Shown: positions 18,178 through 28,659, numbered from the stretch's first letter. The stretch is DNA of 64,000 bases from an uncultured Chitinophagaceae bacterium (GCA_964603685.1 CAZRWF010000003.1:13501-77500); one strand, 5' to 3'. Numbers and translations are program-made. The notes: generated from the sequence alone by a model not told the origin.

Positions 18178-21100
18178 TCATAACCGTCCGATAATGCTCA
18201 CGGCTTCGTCCACCCTGCCGATCCCTTCGGCGGACCGGAGGAATGTTTGCAGGAACAAAAATTTTCCCTCTTGCTTCAGCGTCAATGCCGGCTCTTTGAT
18301 CGCGGAGACCCGTTCCATCATCGCGGTGAATATTCCCTCTTCATAAAAATGTTTATCCTCTTCCGGCGGCAAATGGATCCGCAGCGTTCGTTTGTTCAAT
18401 TCCACTTTGCGGATGTTCGCGTGTGATGCAGCGACGCGCAAGGCGGCAAGTGCGAAAAGATTGTCGACTTCTTCCATCGGCGCACCGAATCGATCGAGTA
18501 GCTCTGCCTTCAATCCGTCCACCTGTTGCTGCGTTGTCGTGCCGTAGAGGCGCCGGTACAGATCCATCCGCTCCGTGTCGCTTTCCACGTAGAGGTCGGG
18601 AATATAGGCTTCGAGATCCGCCTCCACTTGTGTTTCCGTTCGTCGCGGTTTCGCTGCGATGGTTTCCGCGAAGACTTCGGCGAATTCCTGTTCCTTCAAT
18701 TCGGCCACGGCATCCTCGAGAATTTTCGTATACATTTCGAATCCCATTTCCACAATGAATCCGCTCTGTTCTCCGCCGAGCATATTGCCCGCGCCGCGGA
18801 TCTCCAGGTCGCGCATTGCCAAATTTAATCCGGATCCGAGTTCGGTAAATTCTTCAATCGCTTGCAGCCGGCGCAGGGTCTGCTTCGGCAGAAGATTGAT
18901 CGGCGGCACCAGCAGATACGCGTACGCCTGCTGATTAGCCCTTCCCACGCGCCCGCGCAGCTGATACAATTCGGCCAATCCGAACTTATCCGCCCGGTTG
19001 ATGATAATCGTGTTGACGCTCGGAATATCGACGCCCGATTCGACGATTTTTGTCGTCACCAGCACGTCGAACCGTCGCTCCAGAAAATCGATCATCACTT
19101 TCTCCAGTTCATGCCCCTCCATTTGTCCATGGGCGATGCGAAAGCGCGCTTCCGGAATATGGGTCTGCAGTACCGAGGTCAATTCTTCGATATTGTTTAC
19201 CCGGTCGTTCACAATAAACACCTGGCCGCCCCGGTGAATTTCCCGGATCACCGCTTCACGGATGATCCGCTTGTCATACGTTGCGATCTCTGTGTGAATG
19301 GGAAGACGGTTCCTCGGCGGCGTGTTGATCACCGACAGGTCTCGCGCACCCATCAAGGAAAAATGAAGTGTCCGCGGAATCGGCGTTGCGGTCAGCGTCA
19401 GGGTGTCGACCGACACTTTCAACGCCCGGAGTTTTTCCTTTGCGGCAACGCCGAATCGCTGCTCTTCGTCGATCACGAGTAGTCCGAGATCATGGAATTT
19501 TACATCCTTCGAAAGCAGCCGGTGCGTGCCGATAACGATATCGACGCTTCCTTCCGCCAGTTTTTTTAATGTCTCCTTGATCTCCGCGGCGGACTTAAAC
19601 CGGGAGAGCAGTGCGATGCGAACCGGATACCGCCCCAACCGGTCCGCAAACGTATTAAAATGCTGCTGCGCAAGAATGGTGGTGGGAACAAGCACTCCTA
19701 CCTGTTTGCCGTTCATCACCGCTTTAAAAGCCGCGCGCACGGCAATTTCCGTTTTGCCGAATCCGACATCGCCGCAGACCAACCGGTCCATCGGATGAGG
19801 CGATTCCATATCCGCTTTCACCTCCACGGTGGTCCGCGCCTGATCCGGCGTGTCGTCGTACATAAACGACGCTTCCATCTCCTTTTGCCAATGTGTGTCC
19901 TGCTGAAAGGCGAACCCCGGCTGCATCTTTCGCTGGGCATACAGACGGATGAGGTCGCGCGCGATGTCTTTAATTTTTTTCTTCGTCCGCGCCTTCAGTT
20001 TTTCCCAATCGGGGCTCCCCAATTTGTTCAGTTTCGGTTCGTGTCCCTCGGCGGAAGAATATTTCTGTATCCGGGTGATATAGTTGAGATTGACGAATAA
20101 CGTCCCTTTGTCCGCATACTCCAATTTTGCCGCTTCCTGCTCCGTGCCGCCGATGCGAATTTTTTCCAATCCGAGGAATTTGCCGATGCCGTGATCCACA
20201 TGTGTCACATAATCACCGCGCCGCAATGAATGGAGTTCCTTCGCCGAAATTCCTTTAAAACGTTTCCTTTTCCGGTCCGCGCGCGCCTTGATGCGGTTGA
20301 AGATTTCGTGTTCCGTCAACAACAGTAGGGCGGCCGCTTCATAAACGAAACCGGAATGGAGCGCTTCGGAAGAATATCGGACGGCGGGTAACGGTGCATC
20401 CGGTATCTGCTCTTCCGTTCGATCGTCGTCACCGGACGGTTCTTCGCCGGCGGACGGTAGGCGCTCATCTTCTTCGATCAGGTCCCGGATCCGATCCAAT
20501 TCCTCCTTTCGTTCGGAGGTGATGACGACCGTATAACCTTTGCCGGCATACTCCGCGATCGTTTTTCGCAATACCGATACGCTGCCGTTTATTGCCGGCT
20601 GCGGAGCGGAAGAAAACTCGATGTGCGATGAGGACGGACGGAACGGAGAGATCACATACCGGGGATAACCGGAAAGAGCCGAACGGATGTCGTCGATTGT
20701 ATAGTCGACCGGTACCCCTTCGTCCGACAATTCCCGGAGCACTTTTTCCAGCATCCCGTCATCCTCCTGCAGAACGGAGGTTTCCGGCGGAAAGTATGAC
20801 AGCAGCGATACACCTTTTCGATCTGACGGCTCCCCCGCTCTGCGGCGGAGCATGTCCGGTACGATGCTCACCGACCGGAGTTCGCGAATGGAACGCTGCG
20901 AGAGGATCTCAAACTCGCGGATCGATTCAATCGTGTCTCCCCAGAATTCGATCCGAACGGGATGTTCGCCGATAAAGGGGAAGATATCGAGGATGCCGCC
21001 GCGCACCGCCATGTCGCCGTACGTTTCCACAATCGGTTTCCGTTCAAACCCGAACGCGGCGAGCGTCGACAACAACTGTTCGAACCGGTGATCGGTGTTT

Positions 21101-21546
21101 GCGGTCAACTCCACGATCGACCCGGAAAATTCCTGCGGATCGGGGACGGAAAAAGCCAGCGCCGCCGCATGCGTCACATAAATCGCCGGCACACCCGCAT
21201 GCAGAGCCTTTAATGTCTCCATTCGCGAGAGCGAAGCGGTCATATCCAATCCCTGCGATTCATGATCCGGCTCCACGATGTTCAATCGTACCTGAGTGTC
21301 GCCGACAAGTGTTCCGCAATCATCCCGGAATTTTTCCGCTTTTTCCTGTTCGTCCAACACGACGAGAATCGGATTGCCCGTCCTCCGGAACAGCGACACG
21401 GCGGCAAACGCGGGGAGCGATCCGGCGATGCCGTGCAGTACCGCCGGCTCGGCCGGCGACACGTTGGCGGAGGCAAGCCGTTCGAAAGGAGCTGAATCGA
21501 AGATCGATTGAAAGATGTCTGAAGCCATTGCCGGCAATCCGATCAT
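18178..21546 (-). CDS. mfd: Transcription-repair coupling factor Mfd
   Basis: 1122 aa; CarD/TRCF RNAP-interaction domain, DEAD/DEAH superfamily-2 helicase motifs (GFGKTEIA, DEEQRFG), C-terminal TRCF domain. Confidence 0.95.
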   Translation of the reverse strand: MIGLPAMASDIFQSIFDSAPFERLASANVSPAEPAVLHGIAGSLPAFAAVSLFRRTGNPILVVLDEQEKAEKFRDDCGTLVGDTQVRLNIVEPDHESQGLDMTASLSRMETLKALHAGVPAIYVTHAAALAFSVPDPQEFSGSIVELTANTDHRFEQLLSTLAAFGFERKPIVETYGDMAVRGGILDIFPFIGEHPVRIEFWGDTIESIREFEILSQRSIRELRSVSIVPDMLRRRAGEPSDRKGVSLLSYFPPETSVLQEDDGMLEKVLRELSDEGVPVDYTIDDIRSALSGYPRYVISPFRPSSSHIEFSSAPQPAINGSVSVLRKTIAEYAGKGYTVVITSERKEELDRIRDLIEEDERLPSAGEEPSGDDDRTEEQIPDAPLPAVRYSSEALHSGFVYEAAALLLLTEHEIFNRIKARADRKRKRFKGISAKELHSLRRGDYVTHVDHGIGKFLGLEKIRIGGTEQEAAKLEYADKGTLFVNLNYITRIQKYSSAEGHEPKLNKLGSPDWEKLKARTKKKIKDIARDLIRLYAQRKMQPGFAFQQDTHWQKEMEASFMYDDTPDQARTTVEVKADMESPHPMDRLVCGDVGFGKTEIAVRAAFKAVMNGKQVGVLVPTTILAQQHFNTFADRLGRYPVRIALLSRFKSAAEIKETLKKLAEGSVDIVIGTHRLLSKDVKFHDLGLLVIDEEQRFGVAAKEKLRALKVSVDTLTLTATPIPRTLHFSLMGARDLSVINTPPRNRLPIHTEIATYDKRIIREAVIREIHRGGQVFIVNDRVNNIEELTSVLQTHIPEARFRIAHGQMEGHELEKVMIDFLERRFDVLVTTKIVESGVDIPSVNTIIINRADKFGLAELYQLRGRVGRANQQAYAYLLVPPINLLPKQTLRRLQAIEEFTELGSGLNLAMRDLEIRGAGNMLGGEQSGFIVEMGFEMYTKILEDAVAELKEQEFAEVFAETIAAKPRRTETQVEADLEAYIPDLYVESDTERMDLYRRLYGTTTQQQVDGLKAELLDRFGAPMEEVDNLFALAALRVAASHANIRKVELNKRTLRIHLPPEEDKHFYEEGIFTAMMERVSAIKEPALTLKQEGKFLFLQTFLRSAEGIGRVDEAVSIIGRL

Positions 21547-21659
21547 TTAAAACGCAGTTACCCCTGCCGACGGTTCGACTTCCGAACGTCAGCACGGGGA
21601 GTGGAAGATAAAAAGAATTGTTGTAACGAAAAAGGATTTGATTTACATTACCGCCCGTT

Positions 21660-22628
21660 GTGGTGCGCCGCATTTCCCTGCCGACCGCGCGTAAAACGAC
21701 CGAACTGATCACAATCCCGAATCATCCGATCCGCATGAATACCGACGACGTGATTCTTCTCACCGCAGAACGATATTTGCATCCGGCCGATCCCGATTGG
21801 TATGTCCGCCAGATCCTCACCGAAGACGAAATCCTCGCGGCGGCGTTTCGCCGGAACGGGATGTCGGTTCGACGGCGGGCGTGGACGGACAACGGCGATT
21901 GGTCCTCCGCCGGCTGCGTCATCTTCCGCGCCGCGTGGGATTATACGGAACATTATCTTCGCTTCACGGAATTCGTCCGGTCCGTTTCACAAAAAACGCG
22001 GATGATCAATGCCGCAGAAACAGTGCTGTGGAATCTCGACAAACGGTATCTGCGTGATCTTTCCGCGAAAGAGATCGACGTCCCTCCGACGCTCTATATT
22101 GAACGGTATCAGCCGGTCACCCTCCGGGAAATGTTCGAGCGGACCGGCGGGAATGCCGCCATTCTCAAACCGGTGATGTCCGCCGGCGCGCGGCACACGT
22201 ACAAGATCACGGACCGGAATTGCGCAGAATACGAGGAGCGTTTTCAGGCATTGATCGCCGAAGAAACGATGATGATCCAGCCGTTCCTGGCGAATGTGGA
22301 GACACAAGGCGAAATCACGCTCGTGGTGATCGACGGTAAGTTCACCCATGCGGTAAAAAAAATTGCCAAGCCGGGGGATTTTCGCGTGCAGGATGATTTC
22401 GGCGGAACGGTCCATCAATACGAACCGACCGCGGATGAGATCGCTTTCGCGGAGCGGGCGGTTTCCGTATGCGTCCCGAAACCGCTGTATGCCCGCGTGG
22501 ACATTCTGCGGGATGATGCGGACCGCCCGGTGGTGTCCGAACTGGAGTTGATCGAGCCCGAACTGTGGTTCCGTTTCCATCCGCCGGCGGCGGAGTCACT
22601 GGCAAACGCCGTCGGGCGTACGGTCTGA
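21660..22628 (+). CDS. ATP-grasp domain protein (RimK/glutathione-synthetase-like ligase); start uncertain (alternative ATG at 21735)
   Basis: 322 aa; ATP-grasp-like core ILKPVMSAGARHTYKI...VIDGKFTHAVKK...DFRVQDDFGG...ARVDILRDDADRPVVSELELIEP. Confidence 0.6.
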   Translation: MVRRISLPTARKTTELITIPNHPIRMNTDDVILLTAERYLHPADPDWYVRQILTEDEILAAAFRRNGMSVRRRAWTDNGDWSSAGCVIFRAAWDYTEHYLRFTEFVRSVSQKTRMINAAETVLWNLDKRYLRDLSAKEIDVPPTLYIERYQPVTLREMFERTGGNAAILKPVMSAGARHTYKITDRNCAEYEERFQALIAEETMMIQPFLANVETQGEITLVVIDGKFTHAVKKIAKPGDFRVQDDFGGTVHQYEPTADEIAFAERAVSVCVPKPLYARVDILRDDADRPVVSELELIEPELWFRFHPPAAESLANAVGRTV

Positions 22629-22691
22629 CCGGACTGCAGAACTGAACATTGGTGCAGTTGAATTGCGCATCATTCATCAATACGTTGAACA

Positions 22692-23144
22692 ATGCCCTTT
22701 ACCTATTCCATCTCCCGGGAGCGTTCCCTTGTAACCGTCCGTATGACCGGACGAATGGATATGAATGACGCTCTCTCCGCCATCGAAACATTCACAGCCG
22801 ACCGGCAATTCCATGTACGGGATTCCATCTATTTCGATGTGCGTCAGACCGACTATCTGCCGCGGTACGGAGAGGTTTCCACATTTTATCACGTCTATCG
22901 GGATACCTATCGTCAGAAAATCCTCGGCAGAGTTGCCATCGTCGTTTCAAGCAAACTTCAATATGGAATCGCGCGCATGTCCTCCACGATCTTCGCCGCC
23001 ATTAATTTAAATATGGAAGTGTTCCTCTCGCCGGAAGAGGCGCTGGCGTGGCTGAAGGGGACGGAGGATTGGATTTCCGCCGGATCTTCGGGCGCAGACC
23101 AATCCGTCATCGGAACACCGACCGGCTCCGATAAAGACGGTTGA
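22692..23144 (+). CDS. Hypothetical protein (possible STAS/anti-sigma-antagonist-like fold)
   Basis: 150 aa ORF immediately downstream of the ATP-grasp gene; weak resemblance (SLVTVRMTGRMDMNDALSAIE) to STAS domains. Confidence 0.35.
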   Translation: MPFTYSISRERSLVTVRMTGRMDMNDALSAIETFTADRQFHVRDSIYFDVRQTDYLPRYGEVSTFYHVYRDTYRQKILGRVAIVVSSKLQYGIARMSSTIFAAINLNMEVFLSPEEALAWLKGTEDWISAGSSGADQSVIGTPTGSDKDG

Positions 23145-24015
23145 TCGATCGTTTTACGCGATCATCGATCGCCGCTTCTTCCATCGCACTGAAGTGGATG
23201 ATCGGAAGGTGGAACGATCCGTCGGTGATCTCAATCGGTTGTGATAGTACTGCTTGTCCGTTTGTCCAGTAATATCCGTTGCCGGAGAATATACCTTGGA
23301 TCGCCGCAGCCGAAACGGACGATACGGTCGCCGTGGCTGAACTGGTCAGTCCGTATCCGGATTCCAAGAACAGCGAGTCGCTCGGATTAACTGACGGGAA
23401 ATAGGAACATTGTACGACCTTGCCGGCGGCGGGATAGGAGAATGTTCCGGTATAGTTGGAAGTGTTGCTCTTTAACGTGATGATGACGATATCCACATCC
23501 GACGCACTTTTTGCGTTGTATGCGAGCAGCACGATCGATTCAAAATCCTGCAATGCCAAAGCACCGACGCCGCTATCCGGCGGTTCGATGCCATACCGCC
23601 CGATTCCCGTCGCTGTAAAATTCCCCCGCGTGGAATTGAAGGAGAGGGTTCCGCTTCCCGCCGCTGTCAGTTCTTTCGCCACCGTGATCGACACCGTCAC
23701 GGTTTTCGGTGTCGACGATGCATCTTTCACCGTTACCGCGGTCGTACCGACCGATTGGGCACTGATGACCAGTTGACGATTATACATGTTGGCCGACACA
23801 ATTCCGGGAACGGAGATGGAAGAAATCGAATACGGCTCCACACCCCCGCTGATCACCGCGGTACTGACCCCTTCCAGAAGCACGGTCATGGACGATTTGT
23901 TCGTCGACAATCCTCCGCCGGTGCCGGTCGGACCGAGATCATCATCCGAAGATTTGTTGCATTGTATTGCGGTGGCCGAGAGCAATATCAACAGCAGAGA
24001 GAGGGTCTTCTTCAT
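23107..24015 (-). CDS. Lipoprotein with N-terminal bacterial Ig-like (Big_2-like) domain
   Basis: 302 aa; lipoprotein signal MKKTLSLLLILLSATAIQC; Ig-like segment ...TAVISGGVEPYSISSI...VGTTAVTVKDASSTPKTVTVSITV; 3' end overlaps the convergent ORF 22692..23144 by 38 bp, so one of the two ends is probably overcalled. Confidence 0.5.
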   Translation of the reverse strand: MKKTLSLLLILLSATAIQCNKSSDDDLGPTGTGGGLSTNKSSMTVLLEGVSTAVISGGVEPYSISSISVPGIVSANMYNRQLVISAQSVGTTAVTVKDASSTPKTVTVSITVAKELTAAGSGTLSFNSTRGNFTATGIGRYGIEPPDSGVGALALQDFESIVLLAYNAKSASDVDIVIITLKSNTSNYTGTFSYPAAGKVVQCSYFPSVNPSDSLFLESGYGLTSSATATVSSVSAAAIQGIFSGNGYYWTNGQAVLSQPIEITDGSFHLPIIHFSAMEEAAIDDRVKRSINRLYRSRSVFR

Positions 24016-24209
24016 TGCGGGGTCCTTTTATCAAACTCCGTAAAAGTAGAGGTTTGATAAATACGAAGCAAGACGGATTTCGCTTTCCGACTTCGGCATC
24101 TTTTATTCACCGATTTTTTTCTGCATATTCCAATACCCCACTCCCCCTTTTACTTTTGGAAAAGGAGCAGAGGGGTTTTTTATTCACGCGAAATTATACG
24201 GAGCAGTTT

Positions 24210-26204
24210 ATGTTCTTGACCATAATTGCAGGAGTTTTGCTGATGACCGCCACCGACACGACACCGACCGACAAACCGTTTTTGACCGGGATCTCCTCTG
24301 CGGAGGATCTTTCCCGCCGACTCGAGGCCTATCTTGCGGAGGCCGACGCTGCGAAAAAAACCATGCTGACCGTTCAAGGAAAACGGACGGTAGAAAACAC
24401 CCTTCGGCCGTACGACAAGATATTAATCGCCCTGGATGCGGCCGGCGCGCAAGCCAATTTGATGGAGAATGTACATCCGGACGGAGCGATCCGTTCCGCT
24501 GCGGAACAACTCAGCCAAAAAGTTTCCGCCTTCGGCTCGGAGCTGTCGCTGAATCGGCAGGTCTACGATGCGCTGGCAGCGGTCGACCTTTCATCAGCGG
24601 ATGAAAAAACAAAATATTTTGCGGCAAAAACACTGCGCGATTTCCGCCTGGCCGGCGTGGACAAGGATGAACAGACGCGCGACAAGATCGCCGCGTTGCG
24701 AAAAGAATTGGTCGAGATCGGTCAAGAATTCGCACGCAACATCCGGGAGGATGTCCGCACGGTAACCGTCACCGATAAGAAAGAATTGGAAGGACTGCCG
24801 CAGGATTATATCGACCGGCACACCCCCGATTCTGCCGGAACGATCACCCTCACGATCAACTATCCGGACGCGGTCCCGGTGTTCACGTACGCCCGGAACG
24901 AATCTCTCCGCCAACGGATGTATATGGAGTACAATAACCGCGCCTATCCGAACAACATGGCGGTGCTCGACCGGTTGATCGCCCGCCGGCACGAGCTGGC
25001 ACAACTTCTCGGTTTCCCGAATTGGGCGGCGTACATCACCGCGGACAAGATGGTCGGCAGCGAAAAAAATGCTTCCGACTTCATCGAAAAAATCGCCGCG
25101 GCTTCCGACGCCAAAGCGAAGACCGATTACCAACAACTGCTGAAACGCAAACAACAGGATCAACCCGGTGCGACGCAGATCGTTTTGTGGGAATCGGCCT
25201 ATTATTCCGAACTGGTCCGGAAAAGCGAATATTCCTTCGATGCACAATCGGTCCGACCCTATTTTCCGTACGACAAGGTGAAAAAAGGTGTGCTCGACGT
25301 GACCGGAAGATTGTTTGGCGTGGAATTCCGCCGCAATGCCGGCGCACCGGTCTGGCACCCCTCGGTGGAATGTTATGAAATGTTCGAGCGGGGAACGATG
25401 ATCGGCCGTTTTTATCTGGACATGCATCCGCGCGAGAACAAGTTCAATCATGCCGCACAATTTAACGTCCGCAACGGCGTCGCCGGAACGCAGATTCCCG
25501 AAGCGACGCTCGTGTGCAATTTTCCCGGCGGCATCGAAGGGGATCCGGGTTTGATGGAACACAACGACGTCGAAACATTCTTCCATGAGTTCGGCCATCT
25601 CCTCCACACGTTGTTCGCCGGCCGTCAGCCGTGGATGGGCCTCGCCGGCATCTCGACGGAATGGGACTTCGTGGAAGCGCCGTCGCAATTGCTGGAAGAA
25701 TGGGCCTGGGATGTCTCCACGCTGCAAACGTTCGCCAAACATTATCAGACCGACACACCGATCCCTTCCGATCTCGTTTTGCAAATGCGCCGCGCGGACG
25801 AATTCGGCAAAGGCTTGCAGGTTCGCACACAGATGTATTATGCAAAACTCTCCCTCTCCTGTTATGATCGCGAACCCCAATCTGTCAATACCGATGCTCT
25901 GGTGAAATCGTTGCGTGAACGGTATACGCCGTATCAATACGTGGAGAATACGCACTTCCAGACATCCTTCGGTCACCTGGACGGATATTCCGCAATCTAT
26001 TATACGTACATGTGGTCGCTCGTCATCGCCAAAGACCTCTTCACGAAGTTCGACCCCAATAATTTGATGAAGACCGAAATCGCAACAAAGTACCGTAACA
26101 CCATATTGGCGGCAGGAGGATCAAAACCGGCAGCGGTATTGGTGAAAGAATTTCTCGGAAGGGATTTTCGATTTGACGGCTGGAAACAATGGCTGGAGCG
26201 TTGA
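24210..26204 (+). CDS. M3-family zinc metallopeptidase (peptidyl-dipeptidase Dcp / oligopeptidase A-like), secreted
   Basis: HEFGHLLH zinc-binding motif; ORF track starts at 23967 but ATG 24210 gives a hydrophobic signal-like N-terminus MFLTIIAGVLLMTA. Confidence 0.9.
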   Translation: MFLTIIAGVLLMTATDTTPTDKPFLTGISSAEDLSRRLEAYLAEADAAKKTMLTVQGKRTVENTLRPYDKILIALDAAGAQANLMENVHPDGAIRSAAEQLSQKVSAFGSELSLNRQVYDALAAVDLSSADEKTKYFAAKTLRDFRLAGVDKDEQTRDKIAALRKELVEIGQEFARNIREDVRTVTVTDKKELEGLPQDYIDRHTPDSAGTITLTINYPDAVPVFTYARNESLRQRMYMEYNNRAYPNNMAVLDRLIARRHELAQLLGFPNWAAYITADKMVGSEKNASDFIEKIAAASDAKAKTDYQQLLKRKQQDQPGATQIVLWESAYYSELVRKSEYSFDAQSVRPYFPYDKVKKGVLDVTGRLFGVEFRRNAGAPVWHPSVECYEMFERGTMIGRFYLDMHPRENKFNHAAQFNVRNGVAGTQIPEATLVCNFPGGIEGDPGLMEHNDVETFFHEFGHLLHTLFAGRQPWMGLAGISTEWDFVEAPSQLLEEWAWDVSTLQTFAKHYQTDTPIPSDLVLQMRRADEFGKGLQVRTQMYYAKLSLSCYDREPQSVNTDALVKSLRERYTPYQYVENTHFQTSFGHLDGYSAIYYTYMWSLVIAKDLFTKFDPNNLMKTEIATKYRNTILAAGGSKPAAVLVKEFLGRDFRFDGWKQWLER

Positions 26205-26227
26205 ACGTATCATGGCCGGTGCGTCAT

Positions 26228-26255
26228 GGGGGCGGAATTCCGCCCCCGTTTTTTT
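26228..26255 (+). terminator. Rho-independent terminator after the M3 peptidase gene
   Basis: GGGGGCGGAA/TTCCGCCCCC perfect 10-bp inverted repeat followed by GTTTTTTT. Confidence 0.75.
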
Positions 26256-26405
26256 GCACTCGGGTGAACATTTCCCGGTGTGATCGCTGCCAACCGATTG
26301 CGATGTTTTGAAACTGTTCTCTCCTTATAGTTTTCTTTTACTGCACTTCTCTGTATTTTATGGAAGTCTATCCTCTGATTATCTGACCGCTCATCGTCTG
26401 AATAT

Positions 26406-27617
26406 ATGAATGAACTGATCCTCGCCAGCATTTCCGGAACCGATAAACCGGGCCTGACCAGCAAAATCACCAACCTGTTGTCGCGGTACGACATCCGCAT
26501 CCTGGACATCGGCCAGGCGGTGATCCACAATCAATTGTCGCTGGGACTGCTGCTCGATGTTCCCTCCAAATCGGCGTCGTACGAAATGATCAAAGAGGTC
26601 TTTCTGAAGGCGCAGCACCTTGGTTTGACGATCCGCTTCACCCCGATCACGGAAGAGGAATACAACCGGTGGGTGGGAGAACAGGCGAAAAGCCGGTATA
26701 TCGTTACGCTGCTCGGCAGAACGATCACGGCACAGCATATCGCAAAAGTTTCCGGGGTGATCGAACATCACCGTCTCAACATCGACATTATCGAACGGCT
26801 TTCCGGCCGCGCCTCCCTCAATCAACAAAAGGAGGAACAGCGGGCCTGCGTGGAGTTTTCGGTCAGCGGCGAATTGGAAGATTCGCTCGGATTGCGCGCC
26901 GCTTTTATGTCCATCACGCACGAATGTGACATCGACATCGCCTTCCAGGCGGAATCGATGTACCGGAGAAACCGGCGGCTCGTGGTGTTTGATATGGATT
27001 CCACGCTCATCAAGATCGAAGTGATCGACGAATTGGCCAAAGCGCGCGGCGTCGGAGATCAGGTGGTAAAGATCACCGAAGCAGCCATGCGCGGCGAGCT
27101 CGATTTTTCCCGAAGTTTTACACAACGGCTTGCACTGCTGAAAGGATTGGAAGAATCCAAAGTACAAAAGATCGCCGATGCTCTGCCGCTTACCGACGGT
27201 GCCGAACGGCTGATCTCGACGCTGAAGAAACTCGGGTATAAAACCGCGATCGTCTCCGGCGGATTTACCTACTTCGGAAACATTCTTCGGCAGAGACTGG
27301 GGATCGATCATATGGTGGCGAACGAGTTGGAGATCGTCAACGGCGCCGTTACCGGTTCCGTTCGCGGCCCCATCGTGGATGCCTCCCGGAAAGCGGAAGC
27401 GGTGAAGGAGATCGCCGCCCAAGAACAGATTTCTCTCGAACAGGTGATCGCTGTCGGCGACGGTGCGAATGACCTGCCGATGCTCAATCTCGCGGGGCTC
27501 GGCATCGCCTTCAACGCCAAACCGATCGTAAAACAATCGGCGAAACAAGCGATCTCCACGCTCGGGCTGGACGGCATTCTCTATCTTATCGGTGTTCGCG
27601 ACCGCGACATCTCTTGA
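26406..27617 (+). CDS. serB: Phosphoserine phosphatase SerB with tandem N-terminal ACT domains
   Basis: 403 aa; two ACT-like regulatory domains, then HAD motifs VVFDMDSTLI ... GDGANDLPML. Confidence 0.9.
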   Translation: MNELILASISGTDKPGLTSKITNLLSRYDIRILDIGQAVIHNQLSLGLLLDVPSKSASYEMIKEVFLKAQHLGLTIRFTPITEEEYNRWVGEQAKSRYIVTLLGRTITAQHIAKVSGVIEHHRLNIDIIERLSGRASLNQQKEEQRACVEFSVSGELEDSLGLRAAFMSITHECDIDIAFQAESMYRRNRRLVVFDMDSTLIKIEVIDELAKARGVGDQVVKITEAAMRGELDFSRSFTQRLALLKGLEESKVQKIADALPLTDGAERLISTLKKLGYKTAIVSGGFTYFGNILRQRLGIDHMVANELEIVNGAVTGSVRGPIVDASRKAEAVKEIAAQEQISLEQVIAVGDGANDLPMLNLAGLGIAFNAKPIVKQSAKQAISTLGLDGILYLIGVRDRDIS

Positions 27618-27677
27618 TCGTATGTTCCCGCAGGCGGAAGAGTTGATCATCCGCTGCCCCATCGGAGATTCTGCCGA

Positions 27678-28637
27678 ATGAATATAGTTGTTCTTGATGG
27701 TCACACGTTAAATCCCGGCGATCTCCGCTGGTCCGAACTGGAATCGCTCGGTTCGTGCGCTGTTTATGACCGGACCGATGCCGGCGAAATTCTCGCGCGC
27801 TGCCGGAATGCGGAGATCGTGCTCACCAACAAAGTTCCTCTGACCGCCGACATCATCGCACAATTACCGGATTTAAAATATATCGGCGTCACCGCCACCG
27901 GATATAATATCGTTGACATCGCTGCGGCGCGACAACGAGGGATCGTTGTTACCAATATTCCTTCCTACAGCACCCCCTCCGTCGCGCAATTGGTGTTTGC
28001 GTTGATCCTGGAACTGACGCACCGTACCGGCCACCATGCCGATGCGGTCCGTTCTGGCCGTTGGAGTGCGCAGTCCGATTTTTCGTTCCGCGATTTCCCG
28101 TTAATGGAGCTTGCCGGGAAAAATTTCGGTATCATCGGATTCGGGAATATCGGACGGGCCACAGCAGCAATCGCCGCCGCGTTTGAAATGAAGGTGCTGG
28201 TCGCCACGCGGTCTCCGGAAAACGGTCGAAACGAATTTCCGTCGTACCGGTTTCTGGAAATCGAACCGCTGCTTCGACAATCGGATATTGTTTCGCTCCA
28301 TTGCGCCTTAACGCCGGAAACCGATCACCTGATGAACGCCGAACGTCTCGGCTGGATGAAACCTTCGGCACTATTGATCAATACCGGCCGAGGGGGATTG
28401 ATCGACGAACCGGCGCTGCTCCAAGCGCTGCGGAACAGAACAATTGCCGGCGCCGGACTCGACGTACTATCATCCGAACCGCCGCCGCCGGAACATCCGT
28501 TGCTGACAGCGGAACATTGTGTGATCACCCCGCACATCGGTTGGGCAACGATCGAAGCACGAACACGGTTGATGGAAGCGGTGGTGCGTAATGTCCGTTC
28601 TTTTCTCAACGGATCGCCGATAAATGTCGTTTCGTAA
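27678..28637 (+). CDS. D-isomer-specific 2-hydroxyacid dehydrogenase (glycerate/hydroxypyruvate reductase or short PGDH-like)
   Basis: 319 aa; NAD-binding GIIGFGNIGRATA, catalytic-domain motifs LINTGRGGLIDE ... HIGWAT. Confidence 0.85.
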   Translation: MNIVVLDGHTLNPGDLRWSELESLGSCAVYDRTDAGEILARCRNAEIVLTNKVPLTADIIAQLPDLKYIGVTATGYNIVDIAAARQRGIVVTNIPSYSTPSVAQLVFALILELTHRTGHHADAVRSGRWSAQSDFSFRDFPLMELAGKNFGIIGFGNIGRATAAIAAAFEMKVLVATRSPENGRNEFPSYRFLEIEPLLRQSDIVSLHCALTPETDHLMNAERLGWMKPSALLINTGRGGLIDEPALLQALRNRTIAGAGLDVLSSEPPPPEHPLLTAEHCVITPHIGWATIEARTRLMEAVVRNVRSFLNGSPINVVS

Positions 28638-28659
28638 AATTTCTGTCGAAAGGATCGGT

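Noticed and set aside
23967-24209. 5' extensions in the ORF track (M3 peptidase from 23967, ApaG from 35712, small OMP to 49321, HK from 29547, permease to 42793, second lipoprotein to 47369, ftsW to 8135, bPH protein to 4630)
   Set aside because: Each extension overlaps the upstream gene. Internal starts give signal peptides or canonical N-termini and 4-bp stop/start overlaps, so the shorter models were preferred.
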